Shown here: in pieces, positions 20,544 to 29,429 of the stretch
How the letters are laid out: the number at the start of each line of letters is the position of its first letter
Position numbering within the stretch: position 1 is the stretch's first letter
NCBI GenBank assembly: GCA_016188865.1
Contig: JACPGX010000001.1
Location: 77,197-141,196 of the forward strand
Source of the DNA: Candidatus Nealsonbacteria bacterium
GTDB lineage: Bacteria > Patescibacteriota > Minisyncoccia > Minisyncoccales > MHMH01
Direction: 5' to 3'
DNA: 64,000 nucleotides
Notes under the pieces: model-generated
What the model was told of the DNA's origin: nothing
Database searches by the model: none
What the model saw: the letters and a program-made list of their open reading frames with translations, nothing else
Translations under genes and position numbers: made by a program

Positions 20544-21734
20544 ATGCCTACGCATGATACTGCCGAATTGCTGGGTTTTTCTGAAAAGAATCCTTACACG
20601 GCCGTAAGAACGCAAGTTAACCTTGATGAAATCATCTTACTTCCCCAGCCGAGGAAAACCTTTGAAGAAATTCCCGAACTGGGAATGAGCATTTTATTCA
20701 ACAAACTGATTTACTTGCCAGTATTGGCTTACTTTAACAAAGAACAATTTAAAAGATATTTATCAATACTGAGCGAGCTGTGGCGCGTTCCGCTTTCAAT
20801 AGAAAATTATCTGTTTTTTGGCGTTCACGATATAGAAAAAGGGGAAATTTATTACAAAGTCCTAATAGACGGTGAACGCAGAGTAAGGGCTTGCCGCTAT
20901 TATCAGCAGCACGGCTGCGATGAGCACGCTGATGTAAGGGGCTGCTATAAACTCCACTTTGGCAATGAAAAAGTTGAAGCGACTCTTTGCCTCAACATTT
21001 CTCCGATCAAGGCGCTAGGATTGCAAAGCACGGCCAACAGCCACAACCGCGTCCCAGCCCACGAAGATGCCGTATTTTTGGATCAATTTTTTAGAATGAT
21101 TCTAATATGCGACCAGAAATACCCCATAACAAGATTTGCTAAGTTAGTCGGAAGAAGCCCGGAAACCATCAGAAATGCCATAAAGTTTTGCCTGCTCCCC
21201 GAAGAAATTAGAAATATGGTGCCCGCGGAAATTCCTTACGGTATTGCTTGCGAAGTGGCCCGCCTTCACAATTTCGGAGTTTCAGAAGCAGAGCTAAAAG
21301 GCTGGGTGATGATGACGATCGTACAAAAACAAAAAATACCAGATTTCAGAAAAGTGGTGAATGATTTTATGAGGCAGCAGCAATCCGGACAGACAACTCT
21401 TTTCGATCTATTCTCTGATAAACAAAGAGCAGAACTTGAAAAACGCGGCTATAAGTTGATTGTTTCCCGCCACATGATTAATGCCGTCTGGCAGTGGATA
21501 AATTATTTTGATACTCTTTTGTGTTTATTCGAAGAAGGCAAATTGGGTAAGGAAGATTCTCCTTTCTCAATTAAAAGCCCCCTGAAAGTTTTCAAAACTT
21601 TGATTGAAAAAGAGAAAAAACTCCTTCCTCATTTAGAATGCTTATTGCCGGAAAAAAAATATAAAGAAGCAAAAATTACGCTGGAAAAAGCAGAATCTCT
21701 GATTATCCGACTCGAATCAATATCACAACAATAA
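20544..21734 (+). CDS. Divergent ParB/Srx-like domain protein with HTH
   Basis: QPRKTF, LIDGERRVRA, FAKLVGRSPETIRN. Confidence 0.7.
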   Translation: MPTHDTAELLGFSEKNPYTAVRTQVNLDEIILLPQPRKTFEEIPELGMSILFNKLIYLPVLAYFNKEQFKRYLSILSELWRVPLSIENYLFFGVHDIEKGEIYYKVLIDGERRVRACRYYQQHGCDEHADVRGCYKLHFGNEKVEATLCLNISPIKALGLQSTANSHNRVPAHEDAVFLDQFFRMILICDQKYPITRFAKLVGRSPETIRNAIKFCLLPEEIRNMVPAEIPYGIACEVARLHNFGVSEAELKGWVMMTIVQKQKIPDFRKVVNDFMRQQQSGQTTLFDLFSDKQRAELEKRGYKLIVSRHMINAVWQWINYFDTLLCLFEEGKLGKEDSPFSIKSPLKVFKTLIEKEKKLLPHLECLLPEKKYKEAKITLEKAESLIIRLESISQQ

Positions 21735-21759
21735 AAAAGGACGAAAACTCGTCCTTTTT
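21733..21759. terminator. Bidirectional intrinsic terminator
   Basis: AAAAAAGGACGA-AAAC-TCGTCCTTTTT. Confidence 0.75.
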
Positions 21760-21833
21760 CTATCTAGTGATTATCAGACTTTCGGCCTCAAGAAGGTTCC
21801 TGGCACCTTTTCCGTGTGACCAGGTTTTAAAAT

Positions 21834-21869
21834 AAAAACCCCCTACTCATAAACGAGCATGGGGGTTTT
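21834..21869 (-). terminator. Terminator of the NAD salvage operon
   Basis: AAAAACCCCC...GGGGGTTTT hairpin. Confidence 0.6.
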
Positions 21870-21884
21870 GCAACAAAGAACAGA

Positions 21885-22781
21885 TTAACCTTGATAATAA
21901 CGGGTAAAAAGCTGATTCATCACTTCATGAAAAGAAACTTCGGGGAAAATATCTTTGGCGTATATCTGCATAACTGCGTATTGTCGGGCAATTTTTCTTA
22001 AATGTAGCCGTTCCCGTTCGCTGCCTGGTTCAAATTGAGTATTCCAGTAAAGCGGTGCTTTTCGGCCGACCATACCCCAGCGGAATTCAAAATTATATTC
22101 GTCGTGTTCATATTCAAGGAGACTTAGCATCATGTGGAAATCTTCCATGCCAGCAACTGGCGTTTCACCGAAACCCTCTACAGGAATCGTTCGACCAGTT
22201 CCGTTGCATGCCGGCGAGAAACCACCAACGACATTAACGTTAAATATTTCTCTTTTCCATAAAGCCGCAGTGTTTTGGATGACATTCCATTGGGGCCGTT
22301 CCCACCAGTTCTCACGCAGGAAGCCGACCGCTGAAAGGTTATATTTTTCGGCGTGGGCGAGCCCTTGGGCGACACGGTAGCCGTCCATTTCTATTTCTGG
22401 CGACCAATTGAGTACCCATTCGAAAGATATTTTTTCAGCTATTTCTCGAAATCCTTGGTTTAATGCCGTGGCGCTCCCTGGATTTGGTCCCCATTTATGG
22501 TCTAGAACAAGGAGGAGACGTTTCTCCTCTATTTCTTTTGAGAAGGTTTCTTGAAGGGCGATCATTGTTGGGGTCAGGCCGGCGCTATTTGGGATTTCCG
22601 CTAAAGGATTGCCGGATTCGCCGTTGATGACTACCACGATAGTTTGAACGACCTCGTCGAATTTCAGCAATCGCCTTAAGGGACGCACCAGTCCATTTTC
22701 GAAAATTTCTCCATTAAATGGTTTGCCACCTTCACCCGTTCCGCTTTGAAAAGACCTAGTAATCACGACAACTTTTTCCAT
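21885..22781 (-). CDS. Hypothetical protein, possible GT-A (GT2-like) fold
   Basis: AAAGGAGG SD; GSATALNQG, VGGF, GMED resemble GT2 motifs but there is no DxD. Confidence 0.55.
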   Translation of the reverse strand: MEKVVVITRSFQSGTGEGGKPFNGEIFENGLVRPLRRLLKFDEVVQTIVVVINGESGNPLAEIPNSAGLTPTMIALQETFSKEIEEKRLLLVLDHKWGPNPGSATALNQGFREIAEKISFEWVLNWSPEIEMDGYRVAQGLAHAEKYNLSAVGFLRENWWERPQWNVIQNTAALWKREIFNVNVVGGFSPACNGTGRTIPVEGFGETPVAGMEDFHMMLSLLEYEHDEYNFEFRWGMVGRKAPLYWNTQFEPGSERERLHLRKIARQYAVMQIYAKDIFPEVSFHEVMNQLFTRYYQG

Positions 22782-22801
22782 CTTTTACCTCCTTTTTCTA
22801 T

Positions 22802-24208
22802 TTAGTGTTCTAATATCAGTTTTTGTTTTAACTGCGAGAGTTGTTCTGTCAAACCCACCCAATAGTATTCCGGATTCAAAAGGCGTTTGTATTCCGGCTC
22901 CAGCATATCTACTTGGGAAAACATTGTCTTTTGAATCTCTGGTAAAAACGGCGGCTTATAAACAAATTCTCCTTCAAGAAAAATTGGTTCTAGAACCTCG
23001 CGGAAAGCACCTCGAAGCGCTTTCTTTTTATACGGAAAAACCTGATCAAAAGTCGTAATCGGCAAACTAATTTTTTCTTCCTCTAGTGCCAGAAAATCTC
23101 CGGCCAATTTTCCATTTTCTCCCAAAACCCTGACTATCTTTTTTATTCCCGGATTCGTCATTTTTTCAACATTGCTGGAAATCTTTATTTTCGGCAAAAC
23201 TCTGCCTTCTTTTTCAATGGCAACAAGTTTATAAACCACGCCTAGAGACGGGACATCTTTGGATGTGATCAGATGCGTGCCGACGCCGAAAATATCAACC
23301 CTGGCTCCTTGCGCAATCAAATCCTTAACTATCCATTCATCTAATTCATTGGAGGCGACAATTTTTACTTCAGATAATCCTGCCTCATCAAGAAGACGCC
23401 TGGCCTCGATGCTTAACTTTTTGATATCCCCGCTATCAAGTCTAATCCCTGATAATTGCAAGCCGAGTTTTTTTAACGACAAGCCCACTCTTATTGCTTT
23501 CTTAACGCCTTCAATGGTCTCGTAAGTGTCAACTAACAAAAGCGTGCTCTTTGGAAAAATTTCAGCATAATTCATGAAAGCTTCAATTTCTGAATCAAAT
23601 GACTGAATCCAGCTATGGGCCATGGTGCCTCTCACCGGAATGCCATACTCTCTGCCAGCTAAAACATTGGAGGTGCTGGCGCATCCGCCAATGAAAGCTG
23701 CTCTGGCGCCGCAAAGAGCGCCATTCGGTCCTTGAGCGCGTCTCGCTCCAAATTCTATTACTTCCCGGCCATCCGCAGCAAGACAGATTCTGTTAGCTTT
23801 AGTAGCTACTAAAGTCGGATAGCCCACTAAATTAAGCAGGGCTGTTTCTAAAAACTGAGCTTCAAGCAGAGGAGCAGCCACTCGAATTAACGGCTCGTTG
23901 GGAAAAATCAAAGATCCCTCTGGCACAGCGTAAATATCGCCAGTAAAATGAAAGTCTTTTAAATATTTCAAAAAATCTTCTGAAAAAAGCTCCAAAGATC
24001 TAAGATATCCAATGTCTTTCTTGGTAAAACGGAGATTCTGCACATATTTAATCGCATCTTCCAAGCCCGCAGCTATGCAATAACCGCCTTGAGAAGGAAT
24101 TTTTCTGAAATAAAGGTCGAAAGTGGCTCGTTCTTTGGTTTTCCTTAATTCAAAATATCCAGCCAGCATGGTCAACTCATAGAGATCTGTCAGTAAAGTT
24201 AAATTCAT
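22802..24208 (-). CDS. pncB: Nicotinate phosphoribosyltransferase
   Basis: LLTDLYELTM, EFGARR, GTMAHS, LVDTY, IRLDSGD, VYKLV. Confidence 0.95.
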   Translation of the reverse strand: MNLTLLTDLYELTMLAGYFELRKTKERATFDLYFRKIPSQGGYCIAAGLEDAIKYVQNLRFTKKDIGYLRSLELFSEDFLKYLKDFHFTGDIYAVPEGSLIFPNEPLIRVAAPLLEAQFLETALLNLVGYPTLVATKANRICLAADGREVIEFGARRAQGPNGALCGARAAFIGGCASTSNVLAGREYGIPVRGTMAHSWIQSFDSEIEAFMNYAEIFPKSTLLLVDTYETIEGVKKAIRVGLSLKKLGLQLSGIRLDSGDIKKLSIEARRLLDEAGLSEVKIVASNELDEWIVKDLIAQGARVDIFGVGTHLITSKDVPSLGVVYKLVAIEKEGRVLPKIKISSNVEKMTNPGIKKIVRVLGENGKLAGDFLALEEEKISLPITTFDQVFPYKKKALRGAFREVLEPIFLEGEFVYKPPFLPEIQKTMFSQVDMLEPEYKRLLNPEYYWVGLTEQLSQLKQKLILEH

Positions 24209-24209
24209 C

Positions 24210-24968
24210 TTACGCCTCCTGCACTTTCATTATTTTTTTTACTAGTCTGGCGGTAAAATCCTCGTCTTCCAAAAAAGCTAACTTTAGCTTTTGTTTTGCT
24301 TTCTTGATTCTTATTTCTTTAAAATACGGCAGCTCAAGGCTATCATACCAGCCTCTTACTTCATCGGGCGGACTTAAAAGAGTAATTTCCAATACGCTAT
24401 CAAGAGGAAAAATCATGGGCATAATCTGGAAAGGCGTATTGCGCACTACTGGCGCAAAACAAATCACTGACAGCTTGGGGTGGATAGCCGAACCGCCGGC
24501 AGGTGCGAAATACCCGTTAGCGCCCAAAGCGCTAGCAATAACAATGCCGTCTCCAGCAATTCTTTCGTCAATAACCGTTCCGTCAACGATTACTTTTGTT
24601 TTGCAAGTTTTACCGCTAATCCTGTTAAAGTAAACATCCAAAGCTGGACTTTTCCAATTGCCTGCCTTAATTTCCAATAAAGGAAATTTATGAATATCGA
24701 ATCTCTTATTAGCTATTCCGTCAATTGAGCTGACATTGTTCATCAAAAATCCCTTATGGCCGCAATTGATGCCCAAAAATACCGGTTTAAAATCGTAACG
24801 GTGGAAAGCCTCAAGCATCGTCCCGTCCCCGCCAACTACCGCCACCAGTTTCTCTGCCGTTTTTAAACTCAAACGGGGTATGCCGGTCATTAATGAAACG
24901 AAAGTCTTAGCCCTTTCTGATGTTTCGTCAAAAAAAACATCAAAGCCATCTCTTTCTATGATTTTCAT
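24210..24968 (-). CDS. nadK: NAD(+) kinase
   Basis: VGGDGTML, GINCGHKGFL, GDGIVIAS..G...Y...AGG. Confidence 0.85.
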   Translation of the reverse strand: MKIIERDGFDVFFDETSERAKTFVSLMTGIPRLSLKTAEKLVAVVGGDGTMLEAFHRYDFKPVFLGINCGHKGFLMNNVSSIDGIANKRFDIHKFPLLEIKAGNWKSPALDVYFNRISGKTCKTKVIVDGTVIDERIAGDGIVIASALGANGYFAPAGGSAIHPKLSVICFAPVVRNTPFQIMPMIFPLDSVLEITLLSPPDEVRGWYDSLELPYFKEIRIKKAKQKLKLAFLEDEDFTARLVKKIMKVQEA

Positions 24969-25076
24969 TTTTTTCTCCTTATTAAATTTTCAAGTTTCTA
25001 TTTCTGGAGAGATAAAATGTTTTATCTTCCCGGAAATAGGGCCGTCCTTCGCTTCGCTCGGGACAGCCTTATATAT

Positions 25077-25643
25077 TTAAACTTCTCTTGAAATAATGAT
25101 TTGAATACCGGCTTTCTTCATTTCCTTGATCGCTCGGGCTACGTCTCCATGCTTTGCATTCACACCCCGACAAGCATCGATAATAACATAAGTCTCAAAT
25201 CCTACTTTCTTTGCGTCAAGCGCCGTTTCCTTCACGCAATAATCAGTGGCTAAGCCGCAGACATAAACTCTTTTAACGCCGTTTTCTTTCAACAATTTCT
25301 CTAAGTCAGTTCCGTCAAAACCGGAATATGCTTCTTTGTTCGGATCGGTGCCTTTTTCTATCATCATAACGCGGATTTTCGACGGCAAACTCAATTCCGG
25401 ATGGAATTTTGCACCATCAGTATTTTTCACGCCATGTTTCGGCCAAATACCGCCATACTCCTTAAATGAGCAGTGGTTTTCAGGATGCCCCTCTTTCGTA
25501 AAAATGATGATGTCGAAGGCATTCTCTATGCGGTTAATGACCGGCACCACATCATCGCCATGCGGCACTGGTAGGGCCCCTCCAGGACAAAAACACTTCT
25601 GGACATCCACCACTATCAAGGCGCTTATTTTCTTGTCCGCCAT
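25077..25643 (-). CDS. pncA: Nicotinamidase/pyrazinamidase
   Basis: IVVDVQ, HPENH, WP.H, KG....EAYSGF, GLATDYCV. Confidence 0.93.
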   Translation of the reverse strand: MADKKISALIVVDVQKCFCPGGALPVPHGDDVVPVINRIENAFDIIIFTKEGHPENHCSFKEYGGIWPKHGVKNTDGAKFHPELSLPSKIRVMMIEKGTDPNKEAYSGFDGTDLEKLLKENGVKRVYVCGLATDYCVKETALDAKKVGFETYVIIDACRGVNAKHGDVARAIKEMKKAGIQIIISREV

Positions 25644-25657
25644 TCAACCTCCTTTTT

Positions 25658-26227
25658 TTATTTCCACTCAGATTTTAGAATCGACATTCTCAAAAGGTCA
25701 ATATATCGGCCACCTTCTACCCTGTATTCGTCGCGCATTACGCCTTCTCGCTTAAAGCCAAACTTCTCATATATATGAATTGCCAAATCGTTATCTGCTC
25801 TGGCTGTCAGATAAACTTTATTCATTCCAAGCTTACCAAAGGCAAATCCCAGAAGAAGATTTAAAGATGATGTCCCGTAGCCCTGCCTCCAGTAATTTTT
25901 GTTGAAAATTATGATGCCTATCCTCAAGTTATTGTTTACCCAGTCAATATCGTGCAAGCCGCAAGTCCCCAAAAATTCGCCAGACTTAAATCCTATGACG
26001 AATATATGATCATTTCGGCTTTCAATAATTTTACAAAAATATTCTAACTGGCGGTCAAGCGTTGCTCCATTATGGAAAAAAGAAAAATATCTTAAGGCAT
26101 CCCTGACATCTGAATCGCCCGCCCACTTCACGACATTCTCCGCATCCTGCGCGATACTTTTCCAGCTAATCGGCCTAAGATTTATATTTTCGTTGCTTAT
26201 GATTTCGGGCAGCCATGCTTTCTCCAT
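25658..26227 (-). CDS. GNAT N-acetyltransferase (RimJ/RimL/SpeG-like); start moved to MEKAW
   Basis: AAGGAGGG SD before 26227; YWRQGYG, YEKFGFKREG. Confidence 0.8.
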   Translation of the reverse strand: MEKAWLPEIISNENINLRPISWKSIAQDAENVVKWAGDSDVRDALRYFSFFHNGATLDRQLEYFCKIIESRNDHIFVIGFKSGEFLGTCGLHDIDWVNNNLRIGIIIFNKNYWRQGYGTSSLNLLLGFAFGKLGMNKVYLTARADNDLAIHIYEKFGFKREGVMRDEYRVEGGRYIDLLRMSILKSEWK

Positions 26228-26302
26228 CAGACCCTCCTTAGACAAATATAAAAAGAGCGGTATTTTTTATTACGTTGTATTATATACCTCTTTACAAAAA
26301 AG

Positions 26303-27454
26303 TCAAATCTTAAAATATTTTAACAGGCACTTTTGAAATTTTCCCAAGTTTTTATTTTTAATGCGGAAGCCGGCTGCTTGCGGATGCCCTCCGTATGTTT
26401 CAAGATATTTTGAGCAATAAATCATGGGTTTTACCCCGTCAATACCCTTAGGGGTTCTGACAGCTCCTTGAGAGTCATTTTTTCTCTGGCTATATAAAAA
26501 AGTTGGTTTTTTATAAGTGTTGCATATTCGGGAAGCGGCGGGAGCGGCTATTAAAATAGGCCAATCTTTATCTCCCTCAAAAATAATCGGCTCTTCTATT
26601 TTCTTTAGAGCTCTCTTTTCAACCTCCTCCGTTGCTACTTTAATCCTTTGCTGGCGGATATAAGATTTCTCTGAAAGTTCGACTGCCAAAGATTCTGCTC
26701 CTTCTAACGAAGGCGAAGTTAGAAGAAAATATGCTTCATTAATATGCTCTTTCGTTTCACCGGCATGGCAAGCAGAAATTATCTTTTGCGCCATAGGTCG
26801 AGAACCGTTCTCGCCCTCTTTTGCGAAGACTTGGAGGCCGGGACGGAAGGTACTTTTTAAAGAAGCTAATCCTTCGGTTATAATTTTTATATTATCTTCT
26901 TCCTCTATCATCATATCGGCTATGGTAGCTAAAGCTGCCAGCTCTAAAAAATTACCTCTCAAGGCTGGGGTCATTTTTTTATCCAAAAGAGCTTCGGATA
27001 ATTTAAAAACAACTCCGGCTGCGGCAAATTCCTTGAAAGGATACTTATCTCCTTTTTGTTTCGGATTTACTATAATTTTTGCATCTGGCAGTTTATTTAA
27101 AACCTTATGGTGGTCAACAACCATCACTTCAAAACCAAGTTTTTTGGCTAATTTTATTTCCTTAAAATTTCCTATACCCAAATCTACGGTAATGAATAAA
27201 GCCGGAGAATATTTTTTCAAATAATTTAAAGCGTCTTCATTCACGCCGTAGCCTTCTGTCTCCCTATCCGGAAAATATATTGCCGATACCTTGCCGCCAA
27301 GATTGATAATGGCTTCTTTTAAAATAATAACCGAACTAACGCCGTCCATGTCGGCGTCTCCATAGAGAATAATTCTCTCTTTTTTCTTTATGGCTTTTTT
27401 TATCCTCTCTGCCGCTTTTTTTAGATTTTTGATTTGGGACTTGACAGATTTCAT
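26303..27454 (-). CDS. DHH/DHHA1 phosphoesterase, RecJ-like
   Basis: YGDADMDG, TVDLG, VDHH, ATIAD, GGHPQAAG. Confidence 0.85.
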   Translation of the reverse strand: MKSVKSQIKNLKKAAERIKKAIKKKERIILYGDADMDGVSSVIILKEAIINLGGKVSAIYFPDRETEGYGVNEDALNYLKKYSPALFITVDLGIGNFKEIKLAKKLGFEVMVVDHHKVLNKLPDAKIIVNPKQKGDKYPFKEFAAAGVVFKLSEALLDKKMTPALRGNFLELAALATIADMMIEEEDNIKIITEGLASLKSTFRPGLQVFAKEGENGSRPMAQKIISACHAGETKEHINEAYFLLTSPSLEGAESLAVELSEKSYIRQQRIKVATEEVEKRALKKIEEPIIFEGDKDWPILIAAPAASRICNTYKKPTFLYSQRKNDSQGAVRTPKGIDGVKPMIYCSKYLETYGGHPQAAGFRIKNKNLGKFQKCLLKYFKI

Positions 27455-27468
27455 AGATATGCTATACT
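27441..27468 (+). promoter_or_regulatory. Promoter of candidate ncRNA 1
   Basis: TTGACA-16 bp-TATACT with a TGn extension; identical 28 bp at 28141. Confidence 0.75.
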
Positions 27469-27475
27469 TATAATT

Positions 27476-27608
27476 GTTGGGGGCGGGCTAGGTTTATCAG
27501 ACCCGGTCACGAGAAGCGCCTCGCAACGTTAATTTGAGCCGGGGGAGATGCCTTCTCCTACCGGCCGCGAGATTCAAGGTGCAACCCAAACGGGAAGCGC
27601 CTTTTTTT
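27476..27608 (+). ncRNA. Candidate structured ncRNA 1 (unassigned family)
   Basis: GC-rich, promoter upstream, three hairpins, ends in T7; shares motifs with ncRNA 2. Confidence 0.65.
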
Positions 27609-27870
27609 ATCTATAAATATCTTTTCTGTGACCTATTCCAATTAATTTAATTTTGTCTGGATTTAAAAAATGAAATATCGCCCGCCAGTCACGCGTAATT
27701 CTAAAAGAATAAAAACCAGCCAAGGGGCCGGTAAGTGATTTAGTGCGAAGTTTGGAGTGGAAGGGATTATGCTGAAGAATCTCTAAGAGTTTACTAAGTT
27801 TATTTTGTTGCTCTTTTGGCAGTTTTCCAGAAGATTTTAAAAAAGAATCGGTATAAACAATGGAAATCAT
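27607..27870 (-). CDS. RelE/ParE-superfamily toxin
   Basis: 87 aa, basic; NPFHSKLRTKSL.G, YSFRITRDWRAIF, IGHRKDIY. Confidence 0.85.
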   Translation of the reverse strand: MISIVYTDSFLKSSGKLPKEQQNKLSKLLEILQHNPFHSKLRTKSLTGPLAGFYSFRITRDWRAIFHFLNPDKIKLIGIGHRKDIYR

Positions 27871-27873
27871 AAT

Positions 27874-28089
27874 TTATTTTCTTTGAAGTTCGGAAAGAAA
27901 ATGCCTTGCGCCCCTAAAGACGAACCTCTCTTTTTCTCTGGCTGATTTAAGAATTTTTTTAACAAATTCTTGACGGTAGTTTCCTTCTTTATCTTTTCCG
28001 GTTATTCCAATCACAAAAGAACGAAGAAGATTAATTTCTTCCTGCAATTTACTGATACTTATATTTTTATCATTTATAGCAGTAGCCAT
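27874..28089 (-). CDS. Putative antitoxin
   Basis: 71 aa, ends 3 nt upstream of the toxin start. Confidence 0.65.
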   Translation of the reverse strand: MATAINDKNISISKLQEEINLLRSFVIGITGKDKEGNYRQEFVKKILKSAREKERFVFRGARHFLSELQRK

Positions 28090-28140
28090 ATTTTTTTATA
28101 ATATCAAAACTTATAAAGTATGTCAAAATTTCTAAGGACC

Positions 28141-28168
28141 TTGACAGATTTCATAGATATGCTATACT
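28141..28168 (+). promoter_or_regulatory. Promoter of candidate ncRNA 2
   Basis: Identical to 27441-27468. Confidence 0.75.
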
Positions 28169-28175
28169 ATTAAAT

Positions 28176-28370
28176 GTTGGCGGGTGGCTCGGTATGCTCT
28201 GTTGCCTCCCGGCGGGAACGCTAAATGTCGGCCGACGCGTGTCGCGTATCCGGCTCGGTGGCCTGTTGAGCCAGCCAACGTTTATGAGTCCGAAGGAGGT
28301 CCCATGTGGTTGGTCCTCCTCCGGCGCAAAATTCAAGGTGCAACACACAACTTCGTGTTGCCCTTTTATT
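28176..28370 (+). ncRNA. Candidate structured ncRNA 2 (paralog of ncRNA 1)
   Basis: GTTGGC/GCCAAC and GGCTC/GAGCC stem, TGAGT/ATTCA stem, GCAACAC/GTGTTGC hairpin, T-tract. Confidence 0.65.
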
Positions 28371-28371
28371 T

Positions 28372-29370
28372 TTATTCCAAAACTTTGATGCCCGACAGTT
28401 CTTTACCGCTTAAAAATTCCAGCATGGCGCCTCCGCCGGTGGATAAATAGCTGAACTTATCGCCAAGGCCGAGCTGATTAACGAATTCTACCGTCTCTCC
28501 TCCCCCAATTATAGAATATGCGCCAGAATCAATAATTGCTTTAGCCAATTCTTCCGTTCCGACAGAAAATTCTTTTTCCTCTATTTTACCTAAGGGACCA
28601 TTCCAAAAAACAGTTTTTGCTCGTAAAATTTCTCCTCTGAAAAGTTTGATGGTTTCCGACCCGACGTCTTTGCCGCCGCCCACCTCATCAACTGGGCCGA
28701 TTATTTTTTCCGAATATTTAAATTGAATATTTTTATCTTGAATTTCTTTTTGAATAAGTCCTGAAATTAATACAAAATCAGCCACTTCAGAAATTTTATC
28801 TATAACCATGGATTTCTCTTCCACTTTTTTCCCTCCGATAATCGCCACCAACGGCTTTTCCGGGCTATTGCTTAACTTAGTTAAGCAACGCACTTCTTGT
28901 TCGAGCAAAAGGCCGGCGGCAGAAGGTAAAAATTTTGCAATACCGACGATTGAAGTATGAGCTCGGTGAGATGCGCCGAAAGCATCGTTAATATAAATAT
29001 CTCCTAATTTTGCAAGCTCTTTGGCAAAATTTTCATCGTTTTCTTCTTCCTCTTTATGGAATCTTAAATTTTCCAAAAGAACTAATTCTCCATCTGCGGC
29101 AAATGCCACTTTTTTGTTCAATAATTCTTCCAATCTTTTGGCAACTGGCTTCAAGCTGAATTCTTCCATAGTTTTTCCGTCGGGGCGGCCAAGGTGACTC
29201 ATCAAAATTATTTTTTGGGCTCCTTTTTCTATTAAATACTCAATAGTGGGTATGGTTTTCTTAATTCTAAAGTCATCTAAAATTTCCCCGGTTTCGCTTA
29301 GGGGAACATTGAAATCGCAACGGACCAAAATTCGCTTATTGGCAACATTAAAATCTCTTATGGTGCGCAT
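28372..29370 (-). CDS. pgk: Phosphoglycerate kinase (compact)
   Basis: RCDFNVP, SHLGRP, LENLRF, NDAFG..HR, WNGP, STGGGA. Confidence 0.95.
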   Translation of the reverse strand: MRTIRDFNVANKRILVRCDFNVPLSETGEILDDFRIKKTIPTIEYLIEKGAQKIILMSHLGRPDGKTMEEFSLKPVAKRLEELLNKKVAFAADGELVLLENLRFHKEEEENDENFAKELAKLGDIYINDAFGASHRAHTSIVGIAKFLPSAAGLLLEQEVRCLTKLSNSPEKPLVAIIGGKKVEEKSMVIDKISEVADFVLISGLIQKEIQDKNIQFKYSEKIIGPVDEVGGGKDVGSETIKLFRGEILRAKTVFWNGPLGKIEEKEFSVGTEELAKAIIDSGAYSIIGGGETVEFVNQLGLGDKFSYLSTGGGAMLEFLSGKELSGIKVLE

Positions 29371-29378
29371 AATTCGTT

Positions 29379-29420
29379 GAGGTCCGATCTCCCGTCATAT
29401 TTGTCGGGAGGTCGGACCTC
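29379..29420. repeat. REP doublet, GAGGTCCGACCTC type
   Basis: GAGGTCCGATCTCCCG...CGGGAGGTCGGACCTC. Confidence 0.8.
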
Positions 29421-29429
29421 CTAATATCG

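Noticed and set aside
22802..25643. Phage-type NAD reconstitution (NARP) system
   Set aside because: The enzymes are PncA/PncB/NAD kinase rather than Nampt/NMNAT or Adps/Namat, and there is no phage context
27476..27608. tmRNA, tRNA or tracrRNA identity for ncRNA 1
   Set aside because: No T-arm/CCA end, no tag frame, and no cas genes or CRISPR repeats in the window
28151..28450. ORFs 28151-28348, 28184-28450 and 28194-28388
   Set aside because: No SD or protein features, and no counterpart in the paralogous copy; the RNA-structure reading fits better
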